DNA of 64,000 bases, taken from assembly GCA_963700745.1 (NCBI GenBank), contig CAVOYT010000012.1, positions 169,860 through 233,859 of the forward strand, given 5' to 3'. A program made the translations under genes and the position numbers. Positions within the stretch are counted from its first letter, which is position 1, and the number at the start of each line of letters is the position of its first letter. Below the pieces are notes generated by a model. The model saw only the letters and a program-made list of their open reading frames with translations, was not told the origin of the DNA and did not search any database. Below are positions 58,377-64,000 of this stretch, one piece after another. The stretch is from an uncultured bacterium. Lineage in GTDB: Bacteria; Actinomycetota; Actinomycetes; S36-B12.

Positions 58377-60837
58377 TCAGCCGGTCTGCGGCCACGTCGT
58401 CGGCGTCCCGCCAGGCCGAGACGCTCGTCCGCAGTGACGTCTCCAGCACGTGCCGGCGACGGGTGTCGTCCATGAGGTTCGCGCCGATCGCCGCGAGGTC
58501 CTCCGGCCCGGGTCCGACCATACGCACGTGGACGCCGGCTGCGCGCACGACGGCCGCCTCGTGGCGGGCGGTCTTGGTGACCTCGCTGCGCCAGCGCCGC
58601 TCGAGGCGGGCCGTGACGCCGGCCGGCTTGTCCATGGCGAAGGAGACCATCGGCGCCACGACGAACACCTCGTCCAGGCCCGCATGCGCGACGACGTCGA
58701 TCGAGGTGGCGGAGACGGCGCCGCCGTCGACGTACGTCCGCCCGTTGATCGTCACCGGCGCGAACCAGCCGGGGATGGCGCATGAGGCCATCACGGCACT
58801 CGCCAGCTCGGCGACGGGCGCGCCCGGGCGCCCGAAGACCACCCGGTGGCCGTCCTCGTAGTCCATGGCCACGACCCAGACCCCGCGATGCGGGGACCAC
58901 TCCCCCATCGGCGTCACCGCCTCGATGAGGTGTCCGATCCGTTCGAGGCTGCGAGTGCCCTCGGGCATGAACGCGGACAGCACGGCTGTGGCCGGCAACT
59001 GGCCCAGGCGCCGCAGGCTCGAGCCGATCAGCTTGGGTGAACCGGGCCCGAGCAGCCTGGGCATCCCCGGCCGGCCACCGCCCGTGGCCTTCGCCGGGTC
59101 GAACAGGTACCCGGCGAGCGGCCCCTCGGTGACCTCCTGATCGCTGTAGTGACGGCACAGCTGGTCGACGGTCACGTCCGATCCGATCAGCGCCGCGAGG
59201 ACCGAGCCGGCCGAGGTGCCCACGATGACGTCGAAGTCAGCGACGGCGAACCCGTACTCCTCCTGCAGCGCCGCGAGCGCGCCCACGGCCCAGGTCCCGC
59301 CGAGGACACCGCCGCCGCCGAGGACCAGCCCTCGGCGGGGCGCGCGCAACTCGCGCCTGGTCACGTCGTCCCCGTCTTCTTGCGCCTGGCGGGCTTCGAC
59401 CTGACCCGGCCCGTTCACGACCCGCAGGGTGCGCACGGACTGATCGCTGCGAGCGACGAGTTCGTCCATCGATTCGTGCACGCACGCGGCGAGGACATCG
59501 AGATCCGGCAGTGCGTCACGGTCGGCATAGAGCCCGATGTACACGCCGCCGTCGTAGGAGATCAGGCCGATGCTCAGCGCCTGGTTGCGGGTCAGCGGCA
59601 CGACGGGGTAGGCCGCCACCATCCTGGATCCGGCCGCGTACAGCGGGAGCTGCGGGCCGGGGACGTTCGTGATGACCAGGTTGTAGACGCGGCTCGACAT
59701 CGTCGACCCGACTCGGGCGCCGAGCGCGTGCAGCGTGGGCGGACCGAATCCCGCGATGCTGACGATGGAGTCCGCACCGACGAACTGACTGCCCTCCTCG
59801 AGCTGCGCAAGCTGGTAGCTGATCTGCTGGAGGCGCACGGCCGGATCGGGCTCGCCAACGGGCAGCTCAACCAGCGTCGCCGACACCCGGTTGCCACCGG
59901 CATGGCCGGATGCCGCCGAGGGCACCGCGACGCTGATCGGCAGCATCGCCTTGAGAACCGATCCCTGCGTGATCGCCGAGCCTCGCGCCTGCAGCCACGA
60001 TCGCAGCGCGCCGGCGAGCACGGCCAGGATCGTGTCGTTGATCGTGCCGCCCATCGTCGCGCGCACGATCTTCAGATCCGCGAACGGGAGATCGACCGTC
60101 GCGAATCGACGCTGCACCCCGATGGGCACGTTCAGCGGGCTCGGCGCCGGCGGCCGCGCGACGGCGAGGGCCGCCGAGACGAGTCCAGCGGCCTGCTCCC
60201 CGATCCGGGCGGCGGTCTTGGAGACATCGGTGACGGTGTCGCGAACGGCCTCGAACGCGGAGGCCGGGCGGGTGGTGAGCTCGGTGAAGGCCTGGGAGAG
60301 GAGCTCGACATCGGTCGGCTCGCGTCGAGGGCGCCAGCTGTCCCCGGCCGTGACCGCGATCTCCTCGGTCGGGTCGAGCATCACCTGGGCGATGTCGACG
60401 GCGGAGAGTCCGTCGACGAGGGACTGGTGGCTCTTGCTCACGATCGCGAAGCAGCCGTCGTCGAGGCCCTCGACGAGGTACATCTCCCACAGCGGCCGGC
60501 TGCGATCCAGTGGCCGGCTCATGAGGCGGGCCACCAGTTCGTTCAGCTGATCGCGGGAGCCCGGCTTCGGCAGCGCCGAACGACGCACGTGGAACGTGAC
60601 GTCGAAGTTCTCGTCGTCGACCCAGACCGGTCGCGCAACGCCGAACGGCACGTCACGGACGCGCTGCCGGTAGCGGGGCACGAAGGGCAGGCGCTGCCGG
60701 ATGAGGCGGATGAGGGACTCATGGTCGAAACCGCTGGCGGGCGGCCGGAAGATGGCAACGCCGCCGGCGTGCATCGGCGTGCTGGCATCCTCCATGAACA
60801 GGAACGAGGCGTCGATCGCCGACATGCGACTCGGCAT
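58377..60837 (-). CDS. In-frame fusion of a WS/DGAT acyltransferase domain and a patatin-like phospholipase domain
   Basis: N-terminus MSAIDASFLFMEDASTPMHAGGV...SKSHQSLVDGLSA...NLVITNVPGP. From about aa 490: LVLGGGGVLGGTWAVGAL, VGTSAGS (GxSxG), YVDGGAVS. The track ORF 57760..60837 runs antisense through the next gene. A stop at 58377 in an adjacent frame suggests one late frame change. Confidence 0.75.
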
Positions 60838-60876
60838 GATCGCCTCCTCCGCAGTCCTGATCCGCCCGGGGCCAAG

Positions 60877-62088
60877 CTACTGGCCAGTACCTATCCTGAC
60901 ATGCCTCTCGGCCGCGACCACGCCCAGAGCGCGACGGATACGTGACCGACGGGCCCCCTCGCCCAGCGAGCGGCCCCGTGCCCAGCACCCGGCCAGGGCC
61001 TTCGGATCCGACGGCACCGACCGGATCGGGGCGCTCACGCCGATGGCCTTGAGCGCCGCGGACCAGGCGCGACCGTCCCCGCGGGCGCGATTGCGGACGA
61101 TCGTGAGCGGCCGTGGGTCGTGCCAGACTCGGACGAGCGGCCAGGCGGTGATCAGGCGAGCGGCACCCTCCGGACCGCCGTCAGCGACGGCGATGACGTG
61201 GTCGGCCGCGGCCATGGCCGTCAACGCGCCGGCGTTGCGCCGGCGGGCCCAGGCCCCCGGTCCGTCGTCGTCCTCCAGGCAGAAGCCGACATCGATCACG
61301 GTGACGTCGAAGGACTCCCGACACGTGTCCCACACGCGCTCAAGTGCGGTCGCCCGCAGGTCCGTCCATCGTTCCGGCCGCGGCAGGCCCACCAGGACGT
61401 GCCAGGTCCCGCGCACCCGCCGCGCGCACGAGAGCAGGGACGACGGGGTGAGGGAGCCGTGGTCGGCCTGACGGCACGCCGCCGTGAGGCCACCCGCCTC
61501 TTCGACGACGCCTAGGGCGAGGGCAATGCCCGGGGCATAGGTGTCTGCGTCCACCAGGCACACGCTCCGGCCCTCCTCGGCCAGCGCCTCGGCGATCCCG
61601 ATGGCGACCGTCGTCCGGCCCGGGGCACCCATCGGCCCCCACACGGCGATCACCCGTCCGCCACCGGAGGGGGCGCCGCCGCCGGGCCAGCATCCGGTCG
61701 GCCAGACTCCCTCCTCGTCGCGCCGTGGGTTCTCGACGGCCCCGGTCATCAACCCGGCCAGCAGCGTGGCCGTGGCGGCCGCGGACGGCCCGCAGCGGGC
61801 CACGGTTCGGATGCCCAGGCCACGAAGGCGCTCGAGTGACACCTCGTCGTCGGCCAAGCCGACCAGGCGACCCTCGCGACCCGCCGTGATTCGGGCAGCC
61901 GCGTCGCCGGAGAGCCTCGGCAGTCCGGCGGAGACGACCGCGACCGCCAGGGGTGCGGCCGCCGCGGCGGCCAGCAGGTCGACCGAGTCCACGCACCGAC
62001 GCACGATCCGCAGTCCACGCGCCGTCGCCTCGGTGACGAGTTCCTGCTCCTGCGGCAGGTCCGGCACCGCCAGCAGCACATCGATCAC
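60877..62088 (-). CDS. ParA/MinD-superfamily ATPase with an N-terminal receiver-like domain (Ssd/TadZ/CpaE-like)
   Basis: Intact 403 aa. VIAVWGPMGAPGRTTVAIGIAEALAEEGRSVCLVDADTYAP is a deviant Walker A with Arg. ATGA-type overlap with the upstream SAF gene. Confidence 0.75.
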   Translation of the reverse strand: MIDVLLAVPDLPQEQELVTEATARGLRIVRRCVDSVDLLAAAAAAPLAVAVVSAGLPRLSGDAAARITAGREGRLVGLADDEVSLERLRGLGIRTVARCGPSAAATATLLAGLMTGAVENPRRDEEGVWPTGCWPGGGAPSGGGRVIAVWGPMGAPGRTTVAIGIAEALAEEGRSVCLVDADTYAPGIALALGVVEEAGGLTAACRQADHGSLTPSSLLSCARRVRGTWHVLVGLPRPERWTDLRATALERVWDTCRESFDVTVIDVGFCLEDDDGPGAWARRRNAGALTAMAAADHVIAVADGGPEGAARLITAWPLVRVWHDPRPLTIVRNRARGDGRAWSAALKAIGVSAPIRSVPSDPKALAGCWARGRSLGEGARRSRIRRALGVVAAERHVRIGTGQ

Positions 62089-62838
62089 GGGAGCACCGGC
62101 TGGCCGGAGATCGGCACGGCGACGAGGTCGGTCACTCCTGCGCGCACGGCGGCGACGAGGTCCGACACCCGATCGAGGGGAACATCGAGGACGACGCCGA
62201 CCTCGCCGCCGATGCCGATGTCGTCGACCGTCGCCGTGGCCACGGTGACCTCGGCCAGCACCAACCGGGGCGTCGACGTGGTGGCGTCGACCGCACCCAC
62301 CGCGTCACGCGGCGTCGACCACACATCGACCACGTCCCCGGACTGGAGGCCCGCCGGGGCGTGCATCGGGTCGACGGGGACCGTCACACGGCGACGGGGA
62401 TCGGCGGCTGCCGCGATCGAGGGACGAGCGGGGCAGGAGCTCGCCGGCCGCGACCGGCCGGCCGAGCACGCCGGCAAGCTCGTCGCCAGGTGCCACGTAT
62501 GCGGTCTGCGCGACGGAGCGGCGCACGTCGACGGGCACCAGGTCCGAGGCCGAGGGCGACGCGCCGACGGACAGGTCCCTGGTGGCCTGCCACACGGTCA
62601 CGGTGTCGTTCCCCGACGACAGCACGACGGCACCCGCCGCCATCGAGGCGGTGAGCAGGCCCAGTCCCAGCCAGAGGCGCAGGTCGGCGAAGCCGGTCCT
62701 CGGGAGCCGCCGCGCGGGAGGAGCGGCGGACCTCCCTTCCGAAGGAGGGTCGGCCCGCTGGTCGGCGGACCGGCGTGGCTCGCCGGGTCGACGTTGCTCC
62801 CTGGATCGACGTGGCCACCGGCGCGTCGTGCTCGTCAT
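62085..62838 (-). pseudogene. SAF-domain protein (CpaB/RcpC-like), one frame change (~62400)
   Basis: TM LWLGLGLLTASMAAGAVVLS, then VTVWQATRDLSVGASPSASDLVPVDV...AAGELLPRSS (ORF 62305..62922), then VTVPVDPMHAPAGLQSGDVVDVW...VLDVPLDRVSDLVAAV (ORF 62085..62477). Confidence 0.65.
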
Positions 62839-62972
62839 CGTGAGTCCACTCCCCCGTTGCTCCCCTTGACCGTGCCCCGTCAGGATCGCCCGTCGGCACG
62901 GAATTCGCGAACGGCTGTCCACAGGCGGCCCGTCGGGACGCGGATCGACGCGGGATTTGGCACGATCGGCGG

Positions 62973-63203
62973 GTGACCCCCCGCTTCCTCACCCTCGCGG
63001 ACGTCGCCGAGACGCTGAACATCTCCGCGGCCCAGACCTACGCGCTCGTGCGCAGCGGCGACCTGCCGGCGATCAAGATCGGCGGACGGGGCCAGTGGCG
63101 GGTCGAGTCGACCGCGCTCGAGGAGTTCATCGCCCGCCAGTACGCGCAGACCCGTGAGTTCGTGCGCACCCATCCCTTCGGCGCGGACGAGCCGCCGGAC
63201 TGA
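62973..63203 (+). CDS. Excisionase/MerR-type helix-turn-helix DNA-binding protein
   Basis: FLTLADVAETLNISAAQTYALVRSGDLPAIKIGGRGQWRVESTALEEFI. Confidence 0.8.
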   Translation: MTPRFLTLADVAETLNISAAQTYALVRSGDLPAIKIGGRGQWRVESTALEEFIARQYAQTREFVRTHPFGADEPPD

Positions 63204-63673
63204 TCAGGCCAGCGCCCAGGCGTCTGCCGATCTGCAGGAGCACCGTGACGACCGACGTTCCGTCGTCGATGTCGACGTGGTCCGCACCGACGTGCACGAT
63301 CACGCCACCGACCCAGTGGCCGACCCGAGTCAGCACTCGCACCGGCTCACCGGACTGCCAGCTCTCGCGCAGGCGCATGGTCAGGCGGGGCGTGATCGCC
63401 TGACGGTGGTCAGCCTCGGCATCCGGCCGCAGCCCCGGTCGCGAGCCGATGATCGTCACAGCAGCGCCGAGCGGCACGAGCAGTTCGCGGCCGTTCGCCT
63501 GCAGGACCAGGTGGTCCTCGATCCGGGCAGTCAGGATCGGTGACGAGCGTCCCGTCCAGCAGTTCCCCTGACCGCACCATGACGCGCGCGGCTCCCACGC
63601 GATCGACGAGCCGACCCCGGGCGGCCTCGGCGACGAACACCTCGTAGGCGTCCTCGCGGAGCTCGGCATCCAC
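63204..63673 (-). pseudogene. Hypothetical protein; at least one frame change (~63540); ends uncertain
   Basis: VDAELREDAYEVFVAEAARGRLVDRVGAARVMVRSGELLDGTLVT (ORF 63410..63976 frame), then IEDHLVLQANGRELLVPLGAAVTIIG...VRVLTRVGHWVGGVIVHVGADHVDIDDG (ORF 63127..63720 frame). No family recognised. Confidence 0.35.
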
Positions 63674-63858
63674 CTCACGCCTGCAGCCCCGCGATGGCCT
63701 CGAACCAGGGATCGCGACATGGCCTCGCGGTATTCCCCTCCGCGGCGCAGTCAAACCGCGTCGGCGGCCGCTCGCGTCGGCCGATGTTTCGCGACGCCGG
63801 CGAGCGTCGGGCACACCACGGCCCGTCGCGACGGTCCTCCACCGGCACGGAAGGGGTC

Positions 63859-63888
63859 TTGACACGGCATCTATCGATGTCATACAAA
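63859..63888 (+). promoter_or_regulatory. Predicted strong promoter reading out of the right window edge
   Basis: TTGACA (63859-63864), a 17-18 nt spacer, then ATACAA/TACAAA (63882-63888) in a locally AT-rich patch. Downstream are an 8-bp hairpin (63934-63952) and GGAGGA at 63993-63998, just before the window ends. Confidence 0.45.
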
Positions 63889-64000
63889 TGCAAACACAGG
63901 TAAACGCACTCAAACCGAGAAGAATCCGACCTGCCGGGGAGGGACTCCCCGGCACCGCGTTCCCCCGGCGCGGCATCCAGTCGACCCGACCCGGAGGAAC

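Overview
This is a very GC-rich actinobacterial chromosomal segment. Third codon positions are almost all G/C, so the six-frame track is full of long shadow ORFs. I chose genes by protein plausibility, motifs, RBS and start/stop overlaps.

Backbone: from memory, it is syntenic with the Mycobacterium tuberculosis Rv3193c-Rv3206c neighbourhood. It carries a UPF0182 membrane protein, a PDZ/Lon-like protease, a Zn-metalloprotease, an ABC1 kinase, uvrD2, mycoredoxin, nudC, adnB-adnA and moeZ, followed by a giant NAD-glutamate dehydrogenase.

Accessory content:
- A GT4/GT4/hypothetical/GH130/cupin glycan operon (889-4965), with a further GT4 gene divergent at the left edge (1-687).
- vapBC and arfB.
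- A ~10 kb co-directional signalling island (24136-34106): hybrid histidine kinase, two solute-binding proteins, a REC-class III nucleotide cyclase, and two MFS transporters fused to cNMP-binding domains. It sits where mycobacteria carry whiB7. This is my best candidate for an undescribed system.
- A membrane LPG-synthase-like/kinase-like protein translationally coupled to a NIL protein, with a CDGSH protein gene downstream.
- A Cys-repeat surface protein with perfect 87-nt tandem repeats.
- A GGDEF protein.
- An in-frame WS/DGAT-patatin fusion.
- An orphan SAF/ParA-like pair.

Non-coding signals:
- A phased array of nine CCTGTGGAY (= RTCCACAGG) sites at 11-12 nt spacing upstream of a predicted promoter. 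The same 9-mer recurs at two other intergenic sites.
- A three-hairpin 5' leader.
- Two subfamilies of long intergenic palindromic repeats.

Caveat: about half of the genes are disrupted as sequenced, by frame changes, at least one clear TAC->TAG nonsense codon and one lost start codon. The disruptions cluster in blocks that alternate with 2-5 kb error-free blocks. I found no rRNA, tRNA, CRISPR array, transposase or integrase.
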